A stretch of DNA of 64,000 nucleotides, taken from Myxococcales bacterium (GTDB lineage Bacteria; Myxococcota_A; UBA9042; JABWCM01; BTVJ01). A model generated the notes under the pieces. The model was not told where the DNA came from. It was given only the letters and a program-made list of their open reading frames with translations, and made no database searches. The position numbers and the translations under genes were made by a program. The DNA lies in contig BTVJ01000005.1 of NCBI GenBank assembly GCA_045863395.1, positions 1-64,000 on the forward strand. The letters run 5' to 3'. Positions within the stretch are counted from its first letter, which is position 1. The number at the start of each line of letters is the position of its first letter. Positions 39,027 to 50,630 of this stretch are shown here, in pieces.

Positions 39027-40129
39027 GGCGCTGCCGTCCCTCCCCTGAATGCCGCGACGAAGGCGTCGGCACCGCTGCGGATCAGCTCCAGCCGCTGAGA
39101 CTGGTACGGGTCGGCGCCAGCGCCGACCGAGCTGCTGACGGTGTCCTCGGCGCTGTACGTCGGCATCGTCACGGGCGCGGCCACCACGGGGACCTTGGGA
39201 GCCACGGGCGCCCACTGGGCCCCCGGATACCGTCCGAAGAGGAAGTTCATCCCCTTCGTGTCGCTGATGGGGAAGGTCTGGGCGCGGCGAAAGAACCACA
39301 CCGACTGCCCCGTTGCCGGGAGGACGGCCGTCACGTCGATGATCGCGGAGAGCGCCGTCACCTGGTCGGCCCCGACGCGGCTCTGCATCACCCCACGCGC
39401 GAAGGACTGGAACTGCGACCGGGTCACGTCGTCCAGAGGCAGCGGTGCCAGCGGCGCGCCCGCCTCGTCGGATGCGAAGTACTTGAACGTCCCTGCGACG
39501 CTGGAGCCGGCGCGGATATCGCCCGCCTCCAGGCTGTTGAACACGAAGATGATGTCCGCCCCGAGCTGAGCCCCCGCGCTGTAGGTGGAGATGCCCTTCT
39601 CTCGCTCCAGCTTCCACAGCGCGTCCCAAGACATGACCTTGAGGTTGGCCTGGACCAGCGCCTTCTCGATCTCGCCCAGCCACGGGCCGCACTGGGTCTG
39701 CAGGATGGTCTGGCTCTGGGCAGCCATGCCGCTGACCTTGCCGGCGGTCTCGTTCAGGCACGAGTCGGGCAGGCGGATGGCCGCGGTCTTGTAGGTACCG
39801 CGTCCCTGGTCGTAGGTGTCCGTGGCCTTGACCTCGTCAGCGGGAGCCTTGGCGTACTCGCCACCCACGGAGAAAGACACGAGCACATACTCGGCCTTGA
39901 TCTCGGGTGGTGGCGGTTGAGGCGGGACGCAGCGAGGCAGCCCCTGCGAGCAGGCGAGGGAAGCCGTTGCGAGCGCCGCGGCCGAGGTCGCCAGGAGGGT
40001 CCGCCCGAGGGCAGTCCGCCAACGTTCGGCGACCGAGAGCGTGGGCCCGTGCGCATGACAGCCTCGCGATGCCTCGTCCGAGGGCATCGGCGGCGCGAGG
40101 TGAGCGGGCACTCCATTGGTTCGCTTCAT
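39023..40129 (-). CDS. Hypothetical lipoprotein, CsgG/LpoB/TolB-N-like fold
   Basis: Lipobox 'SLAC', 'IEKALVQANLKVM..GAQLGADIIFV', 'DVTAVLPATGQSVWF'. Start uncertain. Confidence 0.6.
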   Translation of the reverse strand: MKRTNGVPAHLAPPMPSDEASRGCHAHGPTLSVAERWRTALGRTLLATSAAALATASLACSQGLPRCVPPQPPPPEIKAEYVLVSFSVGGEYAKAPADEVKATDTYDQGRGTYKTAAIRLPDSCLNETAGKVSGMAAQSQTILQTQCGPWLGEIEKALVQANLKVMSWDALWKLEREKGISTYSAGAQLGADIIFVFNSLEAGDIRAGSSVAGTFKYFASDEAGAPLAPLPLDDVTRSQFQSFARGVMQSRVGADQVTALSAIIDVTAVLPATGQSVWFFRRAQTFPISDTKGMNFLFGRYPGAQWAPVAPKVPVVAAPVTMPTYSAEDTVSSSVGAGADPYQSQRLELIRSGADAFVAAFRGGTAAP

Positions 40130-40137
40130 GGTGATCG

Positions 40138-40167
40138 ATGGTAGGTGGGGGCGCAACCCGGTGTCAA
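40138..40167 (-). promoter_or_regulatory. sigma70-like promoter
   Basis: TTGACA, 18 nt, TACCAT on the minus strand, ending 8 nt before ATG 40129. Confidence 0.55.
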
Positions 40168-40273
40168 CAAATGACTCCGATGCGAGGGTAGGCTCCCGGT
40201 CGGGCCCTGCTGCCTCTCCGTGGAGAGCGGGCCAACGCCCAGCCGCGATCAGCGGCTCCCCAGGGGGCGTCGC

Positions 40274-41236
40274 TCACAGCCGCCGCCCCACCTTGACCCG
40301 GCTCTCGCCCATGCCCGCCAGGTACACTGCGGTCGCGATGGACAGGAACTTGGACTCGGCGGTGTCGGCGCGTGACGTGAGCACGACCGGCGCGGACGCT
40401 CCCAGCAGGACACCGGCGATTCGGCCGCCAGCGAAGTAGACGAAGCTCTTCACGAGGATGTTGCCGGCCTCCACGTCGGGCACGAGCAGCACGTCCGCCT
40501 TGCCGGCCACCGGGTTGTCGATGCCCTTCTCGCGGGCGGCCCGCTCGCTGACCGCGTTGTCGAGCGCGAAGGGCCCCTCGACGACGCCGTGCTCGAACTG
40601 CCCGCGGTAGCTCATGTGGCTGAGGATGGCCGCGTCTTGCGTGGCGGGCATCTTCGGGTTGACCAGCTCAACGGCGGCGAGAGCGGCGACCTTGGGCTGT
40701 TCGACGCCCAAAGAGAGCGCCACCTCGATGGCATTGCGGGCGATCTGCGCCTTGGCCTCGAAGTCGGGCGCGATGTTCATGGCGCCGTCGGTGACCAGCA
40801 GCAGGCGGTCACCCTCCGATACTGCCGATGGGCCACGTATTTCCAGGATGAAGACGTGACTGAGAAGGCGCTTCGTTCGCAATCCCCCCTCCCGAGCGAG
40901 AACGGCGCGGAGAAAGTCGTCCGTGTGCAGGCGCCCCTTCATGACGCAGTGGGCGCGCCCCCCGGAGACCAGGCGAACCGCAGCCAGCGCCGCCTCGTCC
41001 GGATCGGGCACGTCCACGAACTCGAAGGGCGCGGTGTCGATGCCGACCTGCGCCGCCAGCTCCCGGGTGCGCGCCTCGTCTCCGACCAGGATCGTCTCCG
41101 CGACGTCGGCATCCTCGGCCTGCCTGCACGCGGCGATGACCGAAGCCATGTCGCCGCACGCCACGGCGATGGTGCGCTTGGGCAGCGTGCGGACGCGGGC
41201 GAGCAGCTCATCGAAGTTCGAGACAGGGTGCGTCAT
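40274..41236 (-). CDS. ptb: Phosphate butyryl/acetyltransferase (PTA_PTB family)
   Basis: 'MKGRLHT', 'LLSHVF', 'TDGAMNIAP', 'GPFALDNA', 'EAGNILVK', 'VLTSRAD'. Confidence 0.9.
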   Translation of the reverse strand: MTHPVSNFDELLARVRTLPKRTIAVACGDMASVIAACRQAEDADVAETILVGDEARTRELAAQVGIDTAPFEFVDVPDPDEAALAAVRLVSGGRAHCVMKGRLHTDDFLRAVLAREGGLRTKRLLSHVFILEIRGPSAVSEGDRLLLVTDGAMNIAPDFEAKAQIARNAIEVALSLGVEQPKVAALAAVELVNPKMPATQDAAILSHMSYRGQFEHGVVEGPFALDNAVSERAAREKGIDNPVAGKADVLLVPDVEAGNILVKSFVYFAGGRIAGVLLGASAPVVLTSRADTAESKFLSIATAVYLAGMGESRVKVGRRL

Positions 41237-41369
41237 GATGGGCTCCGTCGTGAGTCGTGGCGCGCGAGGTTACCACAAGCACCGCCCCAGGGGGGAAGCA
41301 GGTGATCGCGGCCAGCGTCCACCCGGTCCTCGCACGGGAGGCAAAGCAAGGTGTGGTACACCGACACGT

Positions 41370-42338
41370 TCACGCGGCGATGCAGCACACCGCGTCGCCC
41401 GGATTGACCATGGGGAGGCTCGTGCGGCCCAGCACGATGCCTTCCATGGGCGCGACCAGGGTCGTGCGCTCCTTGCCGAACGGGTTGGAGCTGACGGCGA
41501 CGGGCTCTCCGGCGGACACCCCCTGCCCCAGCCCGACCAGCAGGTCCAGGATGCCGCCCCGGTCGGCGCGCACCCAGGAGGACCGCGACACCACCAAGGG
41601 CTCGCCCGCGACCACCGCTCCGCGGATCATACCCAGGTCGGCCATGACGCTGCGGCAGCCGCGCGCGCCGATGTCGATGCACGGGCGCTGGAACTTGAGC
41701 GGCTCCCCCGCCTCGTAGGTCACCGTGGGGATCCCCGCGGCCGTCGCCGCGTGACGCAGCGAACCACCATGCCCCGCATGCGCCAGGATCACGTCGCACC
41801 CGAACGCCCTTGCCAGGGCTGCAACGCGCGGATCCCGCAGATCGGCGCGCACGTGCGGCAGGTTGTCGCGGCTGCGACCCGCGGTGTGCAGGTCGATGAC
41901 ATAGTCAGCGTGGACGACCAGCTCGGACATGATGCGGTGGGCGACCCGGCTGGCCCCGGACCCTCCCGCCGACCCGGGGAAGTGGCGGTTCAGGTCCCGC
42001 TGGTCCGGCATGGTCCGCGACTGGTGCAGAAAGCCGTACACGTTGGCCACCGGCACCAGGAGCAGGGTCCCCCGCAGCAGGGCCAGCGCATCCTCGTACA
42101 GAAGCGCCCGCACGGTTGCGACGCCATTGAGCTCGTCGCCATGCACGGCGGCGACGATCAGGAGCGTGGGCCCGGGTACCGCCCCCCGGATCACCGTGCA
42201 CGGGATGTGGATCCGCTCCGCCGTGTAGAGCTCTCCGACGTGCAGGTCCACGTCGGTGCGCTCACCAGGGTTCACGGTCACCCCCGCGATGGTGGCGGCC
42301 CCCCAGGCGCTCGGCTCCATGGACGTCTCGTCACTCAT
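41370..42338 (-). CDS. Succinylglutamate desuccinylase/aspartoacylase family protein
   Basis: 'AAVHGDELNG', 'DLNRHFPG', 'IDLHT', 'YEAG', C-terminal biotinyl-like hairpin. Confidence 0.92.
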   Translation of the reverse strand: MSDETSMEPSAWGAATIAGVTVNPGERTDVDLHVGELYTAERIHIPCTVIRGAVPGPTLLIVAAVHGDELNGVATVRALLYEDALALLRGTLLLVPVANVYGFLHQSRTMPDQRDLNRHFPGSAGGSGASRVAHRIMSELVVHADYVIDLHTAGRSRDNLPHVRADLRDPRVAALARAFGCDVILAHAGHGGSLRHAATAAGIPTVTYEAGEPLKFQRPCIDIGARGCRSVMADLGMIRGAVVAGEPLVVSRSSWVRADRGGILDLLVGLGQGVSAGEPVAVSSNPFGKERTTLVAPMEGIVLGRTSLPMVNPGDAVCCIAA

Positions 42339-44556
42339 CGCCCGCTGCGCCCCCGGGGAGCTGCCCCACCAAGGACCGCACCACCTCCCGGGTGAGCTGG
42401 CGCTGGGCTGGCACGACGGTCAGCCGCTGCGTCAGCCCGACACGCGGCACGACCCCGTCGGTGACCTCCCACGTCGCCTGGAGCTGGGTGGCGCCCCCGA
42501 TCACCAGGGTCTCCGCCTCGGGCGGCAGGCCGGGAGGCACCGCGAGTTCCCACAGGGCCTCCAGCGCACGGAGCTGCGTCACGAAGGCGCGCCGGTCGGC
42601 GAGCTGGTCCGCGACGAACAGCCGCCACTTGCGGATCGCCAGCTCCAGGCGCGGGTTGGGCATGAGCAGGGACGCGCGCTCGAGCAGGTCCCGCGCGGCC
42701 ACCCAGTCCTTGTCCATGACCGCGAGCAGCGCCATGAACAGCTCCACATCCGGCGCGGCGGGGTCGTCGAGGCGCGCCCTCTCCACGGCCTGCCGCGCTG
42801 CCTCCAGCTTGCCCGCCCCCAGGGCTCCCCGCGCAAGCAGCAGGTGGAGGGCGATGTCCGCGTTCCGCTGCTGAGGATCCATGGGATCGAGCAGGGGGAT
42901 GGCCTCCTGCGCCGCAGCGACCGCGCCCAACGCCCGCTGTTCGTGCTCCCCGTCGGTGCTGAGCAGGGCCAACGCGGCCTCGGCCTGGGCGTGGACAGCC
43001 AGGGCGCGAGCCCGCGTGGCGCACCGGCCGCCCGCGCACGCCGAGCCCTCCTCGGTCGCCCCGGAGCGCGCCGCCACCCCCTCCGCGAGGGCCAGCGCGC
43101 GCTCCAGCGCAGCGACGTCGGCGCCCCGACCGCCGATGTGCAGCTCCAGCTCCGCCAGGTCGAGCGCCGCAGAGTCGCCGGCTCCCGCGGAAGGACGCAG
43201 AAGGTCGGCGGCCTCCTTCGCCGCTCCCGCCCCCACGAGCAACATGGCAGCGAGTCGCCGCGCCTCGGGACCGTCGTGTTCCTTCAAGAGCCGCTCGGCC
43301 TGGGCCCGCCCCTCCGCCGCGTCGCCCCCGGTCGCCCGCGCCCGCGCCAGGGGAGGCAGGGCCCCGACCATCAGACCAAGCATGGCCGCACGCTCCGGCG
43401 ACACGGCGGCAACACGCTCCACCGCGGCCCGGGCGGCGGTGCCGAGCTTCGTCAGGTCTCCGGCGGTCGTCTCGGGGGAGGCAGCCGCCTGCAGGAGCGC
43501 CTGCACGCGCCCCGCCGCCAGGGTCTCCACGAGGGCCGGCGTCCCCGCGCTGCGCAGCGGCTCGCGCATGGCCAGCGCGAACCAGTCGCCCATGCGACCC
43601 GAGGCCACCAGCAGCCCCCCCGCCAGGGCGACCACGTCGGGATCGTCCGGGTGCCTCGCGAGCAGCGCCCCGGCGAGGGCCGCCGCGTCGCCCATACGCC
43701 CGACCTCTGCCAGACGCCGGGCTACCCCCAGCGCCTCACCGAGCGGTCGATCCACCACGCTCTCGTCTACGGTCGCCAGGGCGGCGCGCCTTCGCACGGC
43801 GTCCGCAGCCCCCAGGAGGCGCGGCTCCATACGCACGACCGCGGCCAGCTCCCGCTCACCGTCCTCCCCGTGGCCGCCCACCAGCAACGCGAACCCCAGC
43901 GTCAGGCGCGCCTCGTTCGCGTCCGGCGCCCGCTCCAAGTACCGGCGCAGATACCCAGCCGCCTCGTCCCAGCGCTCCGCCGACAGCTCCAGCTCGCCGA
44001 GCGCCCGCAGCGTCCCGGCGTGGGTGGGCACGGCGACGAGGGCTGCCGCCCCGTGTACCCGCGCGAGCTCCCGCGCAACCTCGACGAGGGCCGGCAGGGA
44101 GGCCGCGAGGGCGTCCCCCCGCTCCTTGATGAACGGCTGCCCATGGCCGCCTGAGCGCTCGGAGGCGAGGAGCGCCCCCCAGGACTCGCCCGCCCGCTGG
44201 ATGCCGCAGGCGAGGGAAGCGGCGAGACGAGCCTGGACGGCGTGGTCCGCCGGAGTCACCCCCCGGCGCATCAGCTCCAACTGGGCGACCATCGCTGCGA
44301 CGAGGTAGGTGGTGTCGGTGGGCATGGCGTTGGCGAGGATCCCCCCACCGCCACCCTCACCGAGGGAGTAGATCCGCAGCGCGGCCGCGACCATGGCGCG
44401 CAGGTCCCGGTCGTTTGCCTCGGGAGCGCGCACCGCGCTGGCCATCAGCTTCACGACGGGCAGCGCCTCGAAGCGCCCGACGGCCCCGTCGATGGCCCTC
44501 ACGGGCGACGGGAGCCCCCACAGCAACACCAGGACACCCACGCGCAGCCACGCCAT
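42331..44556 (-). CDS. Secreted TPR-repeat protein
   Basis: Signal peptide and TPR-like units such as 'EAAGYLRRYLERAPDANEARLTLG'. Confidence 0.7.
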   Translation of the reverse strand: MAWLRVGVLVLLWGLPSPVRAIDGAVGRFEALPVVKLMASAVRAPEANDRDLRAMVAAALRIYSLGEGGGGGILANAMPTDTTYLVAAMVAQLELMRRGVTPADHAVQARLAASLACGIQRAGESWGALLASERSGGHGQPFIKERGDALAASLPALVEVARELARVHGAAALVAVPTHAGTLRALGELELSAERWDEAAGYLRRYLERAPDANEARLTLGFALLVGGHGEDGERELAAVVRMEPRLLGAADAVRRRAALATVDESVVDRPLGEALGVARRLAEVGRMGDAAALAGALLARHPDDPDVVALAGGLLVASGRMGDWFALAMREPLRSAGTPALVETLAAGRVQALLQAAASPETTAGDLTKLGTAARAAVERVAAVSPERAAMLGLMVGALPPLARARATGGDAAEGRAQAERLLKEHDGPEARRLAAMLLVGAGAAKEAADLLRPSAGAGDSAALDLAELELHIGGRGADVAALERALALAEGVAARSGATEEGSACAGGRCATRARALAVHAQAEAALALLSTDGEHEQRALGAVAAAQEAIPLLDPMDPQQRNADIALHLLLARGALGAGKLEAARQAVERARLDDPAAPDVELFMALLAVMDKDWVAARDLLERASLLMPNPRLELAIRKWRLFVADQLADRRAFVTQLRALEALWELAVPPGLPPEAETLVIGGATQLQATWEVTDGVVPRVGLTQRLTVVPAQRQLTREVVRSLVGQLPGGAAGDE

Positions 44557-44675
44557 CGCTCACCTCCGGCGCGCAATCATAGCGGGGAGGTCCAGAAAAC
44601 GAAACGAGCTCCCCCTGCGAGGGGGACTCGGCGGCGGAGCGCGCCTCCCCGACGGGCGGAGAGGCGCGCCGGCCC

Positions 44676-45089
44676 TCACGCTCCGGGCAGCAGCGCCAGG
44701 AAGGTCTCCGCCGCCCTCGGCCCCACCCGCTCGAAGCGGGAAGCCAGCGCCACCCGCCGCGTGACCGGGTCGTCGGCCATCGCACCGAGCCACTCCCTCG
44801 CGCTGCCGTGCTCCCCAGCGAGCGCGGCCACCACGGCGGCGTTGCGCACCGTCGCCCCCACCTTGGCCCGGTTCCGGATGACCCCCGCCGCCCCCAGGAG
44901 CCCCTCCACGTCCTCCTCGTCGAAGGCGGCGACCCTCTCCACACGGAAGCCCTCGAAGGCCGCGCACATGGCGTCCCAGCGTCGCCTCACGATGCGCTCG
45001 TCGAAGCCGGTGGCGAACACCGCAAAGGTCAGCGCCTCCAGGAAACCGGCGTCGCCGCCGACGCCGCTCAACCCGCTCTCCGTCGTCAT
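44676..45089 (-). CDS. Short DNA-3-methyladenine glycosylase I (Tag)-like protein
   Basis: 'FLEALTFAVF..RRRWD..AFEGF..VAAFDEEDVE.LL..GVIRNRAKV.AT..NA', 'F..VGP'. GGAGG RBS. Confidence 0.78.
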   Translation of the reverse strand: MTTESGLSGVGGDAGFLEALTFAVFATGFDERIVRRRWDAMCAAFEGFRVERVAAFDEEDVEGLLGAAGVIRNRAKVGATVRNAAVVAALAGEHGSAREWLGAMADDPVTRRVALASRFERVGPRAAETFLALLPGA

Positions 45090-45207
45090 GTCGTTCCTCC
45101 TCGCTCTTCGGGCGCCGCGGCGCACACACCGTGCGTGCGCGCGTGCCCGGTCCGGCGGCGCACGTCGGTCGACCTGCGTGGAGGTTGCGGGAAAAGTCGG
45201 GAGCGGC

Positions 45208-47031
<1,824 letters not shown>

Positions 47032-47152
47032 GACCGCCTCCTTGGAGGGTGGGGGTGAGAGCCGCGCGGATCAGACCACAGGGCAAAGGGGCAGGTCAAC
47101 CGGCGGTCGAGCCTGGAGCGCGACGCCCCAGACGCCTGAAACCACCGGAGCG

Positions 47153-48331
47153 TCAGCGCCCCCGCTTCTCACGCGCCTCGACGAGGGACTTGGCGGTGCG
47201 CGCGATGAACCCCGGGACCTCCTTGTCCCTGGACAGGGACTTGAGGTCCCGCGGCGTCAGCATCTTGACGAAGGTCATGGCCTGCTGGGGGGGGCACTTG
47301 GGGTTGGTGACCAGCGCGAGCATGGTCGGGTAGTACTTGGTCCACTCCCGGTTGCGGGCGATCTCACGGATCACGTCCTCGTTGACGGCGCGCGCCTGGG
47401 CGAAGTTCGTGATCTCCCGTGGGGTGAGCCGGGGGCTCCGCAGCACGCTCATGGCGACGACGCGCTTGGTGTCCCGGACGAGCAGGCGCCTCGCCGCCTC
47501 GCTGCCGAGCATCGCCATGCGCACCTTCTGCGCGACGTTCATGTCGGCGATGACGTTGTGCAGGGCGACGCCCAGGGCCTTCTTGACCGCCTCCTCCGCG
47601 CCCTCCGGGGAGAGGTCCGCACGCAGCACGGTCTGGAAGACCTCATCGTCGACCCCGGGGGCCGCCTCAGGCTCCGGGGCGTCCTCGTCGGTGACGTCGA
47701 CCTCCTCCGCCTCGTCCCCCTTCGGGGCGGTGCCGAGGATCGACTCCTCGATCTCCTTGAACCCGGGGATGTGCGTCAGCCGCACACCGTTGCGCACCGC
47801 AGTCTCGATGGCGCGGCTGATGGTGCTCATCCGCGTCTCGGGGTTGAAGTACAGCGCCTCGATGATCGCAGGGCTGCGCAGGATGCGGATCTGGTTCGCG
47901 CCGATCAGGTCGAGCAGCGTTGCGTCACGCAGGCTCTTCGTCAGGTGCGCGATGGTCTCGTCCGCCACGGCGCCATTGAGGATCAGCCGTTCGGCCCGCT
48001 TCGGGACGTCCACGAAGAGGCGCGCGAACCAGTCGAGCACCTGGGGGTGGGTCGCTGCGCTCGACAGGGGCCCCTCGAGCAGCGCGTCGGGCAGCTCGCG
48101 CGCCGTCTGCCCTGCCGCCGCGCGCAGCTTGTCGTCACCGCTGCTCCCCAGGTAGGCGAGCACCGGCGCCAGCTCGGCAGGCTCCATGGGGAGCAGCGCC
48201 TTGGCTGCCATCAGGCGCATGGGCGGAGGGGCATCGGGGCCGACCTGGGCGCGCCGCGCCTCAGGGACCACTTGCAGCAGGACGGGCCCTCCGACGCCGC
48301 CGGAGTGCCCGGAGGCGGGATCTGAGGTCAT
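47153..48331 (-). CDS. Conserved deltaproteobacterial hypothetical protein (helical repeats), downstream of the EF-G paralog
   Basis: 'MNVAQKVRMAMLG..ARRLLVRD..AMSVLRSPRLT..E..REW.KYY..LVTNPKCP'. Confidence 0.75.
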   Translation of the reverse strand: MTSDPASGHSGGVGGPVLLQVVPEARRAQVGPDAPPPMRLMAAKALLPMEPAELAPVLAYLGSSGDDKLRAAAGQTARELPDALLEGPLSSAATHPQVLDWFARLFVDVPKRAERLILNGAVADETIAHLTKSLRDATLLDLIGANQIRILRSPAIIEALYFNPETRMSTISRAIETAVRNGVRLTHIPGFKEIEESILGTAPKGDEAEEVDVTDEDAPEPEAAPGVDDEVFQTVLRADLSPEGAEEAVKKALGVALHNVIADMNVAQKVRMAMLGSEAARRLLVRDTKRVVAMSVLRSPRLTPREITNFAQARAVNEDVIREIARNREWTKYYPTMLALVTNPKCPPQQAMTFVKMLTPRDLKSLSRDKEVPGFIARTAKSLVEAREKRGR

Positions 48332-48403
48332 CGCACACCTCCGCGGTTGGGGGGAGCGTCGGAGGAGCCTCTCACGGGCGACGAAGTCGACTCACGAAGG
48401 TGA

Positions 48404-50488
48404 TCACTCCTGGCTCGCCTTGTGCTCGGCCACCACCTTCGCGGTGATGGTCTCGGGCACCTCCTCGTAGTGGTGCATCTGCATGGTGAAGGTGCCCCGC
48501 CCGCTGGTCATGGCCCGCAGGTCGTTGGCGTAGCTCTGCACCTCGGACAAGGGCGCCTGCGCCCGGATGAGCTGGTTGCGGCCGTGGGAGTCCATGCCGA
48601 GCACGCGCCCGCGCCGGGAGTTCATGTCGCCCATCACGTCACCCATGCACTCGTCGGGGACGACGATCTCCATCTCCATGATGGGCTCCAGCAGGCACGG
48701 GCTCGCCTTCTCCATGCCCGTCTTGAAGGCGATGTGGGCCGCCTGCTTGAACGCCATCTCGGAGCTGTCCACCGGGTGGTAGCTGCCATCGAACAGCCGG
48801 ACCTTCAGATCCACCACCGGGAAGCCCGCGAGGAAGCCGCGCTCCAGCGACTCGTGGAAGCCCTTCTCCACGGCCGGGATGTAGTTTCGCGGGATGGAGC
48901 CGCCCACGATGTTGTCGATGAACTCGAAGCCCTTGCCGCGCTCGTTGGGCTCCAGGTCCACCCAGCAGTCGCCGAACTGGCCCCTCCCACCCGTCTGCTT
49001 CTTGTGCCGCCCCTGGATCGCCTTCGCCGGCTTCCTGATCGTCTCCCGATACGGGACCTTGGGCGTGCTCAGCTCCGCCTCGACCCCGAACTTGCGCTTG
49101 AGGCGCTCCACGACGCACTCCACCTGGGGCTGCCCCACGCCGGCAAGCAGGAGCTCCTTGGAGTGCTCGTTGCGGGACAACTCCAGCGAGGGGTCCTCCT
49201 CCATGAGGCGCGCCAGGGCGGTGCCGATCTTGTCCTCGTCGCCCTGGGACTTCGCCTTGATGGCGAAGGCGATGGCCGCGGGAACCCTGGGCAGCCCCGC
49301 ATAGACCACGGGGGCCTTCTCGTCACAGAGGGTGTCGCCGGTCGCCACGTCCTTCATCTTGGCGAAGGTCACGATGTCCCCCGCCGTGGCGCCGTTGATC
49401 GTGTCCTGCTTCTTGCCCGTCAGCGCGTACATGGTGCTGTAGCGCTCCTTCTCTCCCGAGCGCGCGTCGAAGACGACGCCGTCCCCAGGCAGGGACCCCG
49501 AGAAGAGGCGCACGATGTTCAGGCGCCCGGCGTAGGGGTCGACCAGGGTCTTGAAGACGTAGCCGCTGAGCGGCGCATCCGGGGTGCACGGCACGACCAC
49601 GTCGGCGCCGCTCTCCGGGTGCTTGCCGGCCATGGTCCCCCGGTCCAGGGGGCTCGGGAACTCCTCGGCGATCAGATCGAGCAGCGGGTGAATGGCGACG
49701 TTCGTGGTGGCCGACCCGCACAGCACGGGGACGATGGAGCCGGACCGGATGCCCACGGCCAGACCGCGCATCAGATCCTCTTGAGAGAGGTCACCCTCCT
49801 CGAAGTACTTCTCCATCAGGTCCTCTGCGGTCTCGGCGACCGCCTCGACGATGGCCCGGCGCGCCTCCGCCACGTCCGCCTTCATCGCCGCGGGGATGTC
49901 CGTCACGTCGTAGCCGCCGCTGCCGTCGGTCCTGTAGATGTACGCCTGGTTGAACAGCAACCGGATGACCCCCTTGAAGCCCGCCTCGCTCCCGATGGGG
50001 ATCTGGGTGGGGACGGCCTTGGGCGTCAGGCTCTCGTGGATCTCCGCCAGTGTGCGCTTGAAGTCCGAGCGCTCGCGGTCGAGCTTGTTCACGAAGATCG
50101 CACGCGGCAGGTTGGCCTCCTGCAGCAGCGACCACGCCCGATCCGTGCCCACCTCCACGCCGTCCACACCGCTGACCAGCAGCACCGCCGCGTCCATGGC
50201 GATGGCCGCGCCACGGGTGTCCGCCCAGAAGTTTGCGTCTCCGGGGGTGTCAATCAGGTTGATCTTGCGCTTCGCCCACTCGAAGGCGCCGACGGTCGCC
50301 TTGATGGTCGCCCGCCGCTTGTGCTCCTCCGGCTCGAAGTCGAAGTTGGAGTTCTGCTCGTCGACCTTGCAGAGGCGCGTCGTCACCTTGGCGTTGAACA
50401 GGAATGCCTCGGCGAGGGAGGTCTTGCCCGCCCCGCCGTGAGAGAGGAGGCCAACGTTGCGGATGTCCTTGGATTCAAACGATTTCAT
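48404..50488 (-). CDS. fusA: Elongation factor G paralog (EF-G2-like)
   Basis: 'IRNVGLLSHGGAGKTS', 'DTPG', 'NKLD', 'HKKQTGGRGQFG', 'DGSYHPVDSSEMAF'. Switch-I 'RRATI' replaces RGITI. Not in the str operon. Confidence 0.92.
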   Translation of the reverse strand: MKSFESKDIRNVGLLSHGGAGKTSLAEAFLFNAKVTTRLCKVDEQNSNFDFEPEEHKRRATIKATVGAFEWAKRKINLIDTPGDANFWADTRGAAIAMDAAVLLVSGVDGVEVGTDRAWSLLQEANLPRAIFVNKLDRERSDFKRTLAEIHESLTPKAVPTQIPIGSEAGFKGVIRLLFNQAYIYRTDGSGGYDVTDIPAAMKADVAEARRAIVEAVAETAEDLMEKYFEEGDLSQEDLMRGLAVGIRSGSIVPVLCGSATTNVAIHPLLDLIAEEFPSPLDRGTMAGKHPESGADVVVPCTPDAPLSGYVFKTLVDPYAGRLNIVRLFSGSLPGDGVVFDARSGEKERYSTMYALTGKKQDTINGATAGDIVTFAKMKDVATGDTLCDEKAPVVYAGLPRVPAAIAFAIKAKSQGDEDKIGTALARLMEEDPSLELSRNEHSKELLLAGVGQPQVECVVERLKRKFGVEAELSTPKVPYRETIRKPAKAIQGRHKKQTGGRGQFGDCWVDLEPNERGKGFEFIDNIVGGSIPRNYIPAVEKGFHESLERGFLAGFPVVDLKVRLFDGSYHPVDSSEMAFKQAAHIAFKTGMEKASPCLLEPIMEMEIVVPDECMGDVMGDMNSRRGRVLGMDSHGRNQLIRAQAPLSEVQSYANDLRAMTSGRGTFTMQMHHYEEVPETITAKVVAEHKASQE

Positions 50489-50581
50489 GGACGCGCTCCT
50501 GCTGTGGGTGCCAGTGCTCGCGACAAACGGAGGCTCCGCTGCGAGCGCTGCTCCCGGAGGTGGCCCGCAGGGCAATGTGGT

Positions 50582-50611
50582 GGTCTAACCCTGGTGACGC
50601 TCGGGTGTCAA
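50582..50611 (-). promoter_or_regulatory. Possible sigma70-like promoter for the EF-G paralog
   Basis: TTGACA (50611-50606) with a weak -10 TAGACC 18 nt downstream. Confidence 0.4.
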
Positions 50612-50630
50612 GCGCCGACGACGGCAGCGG

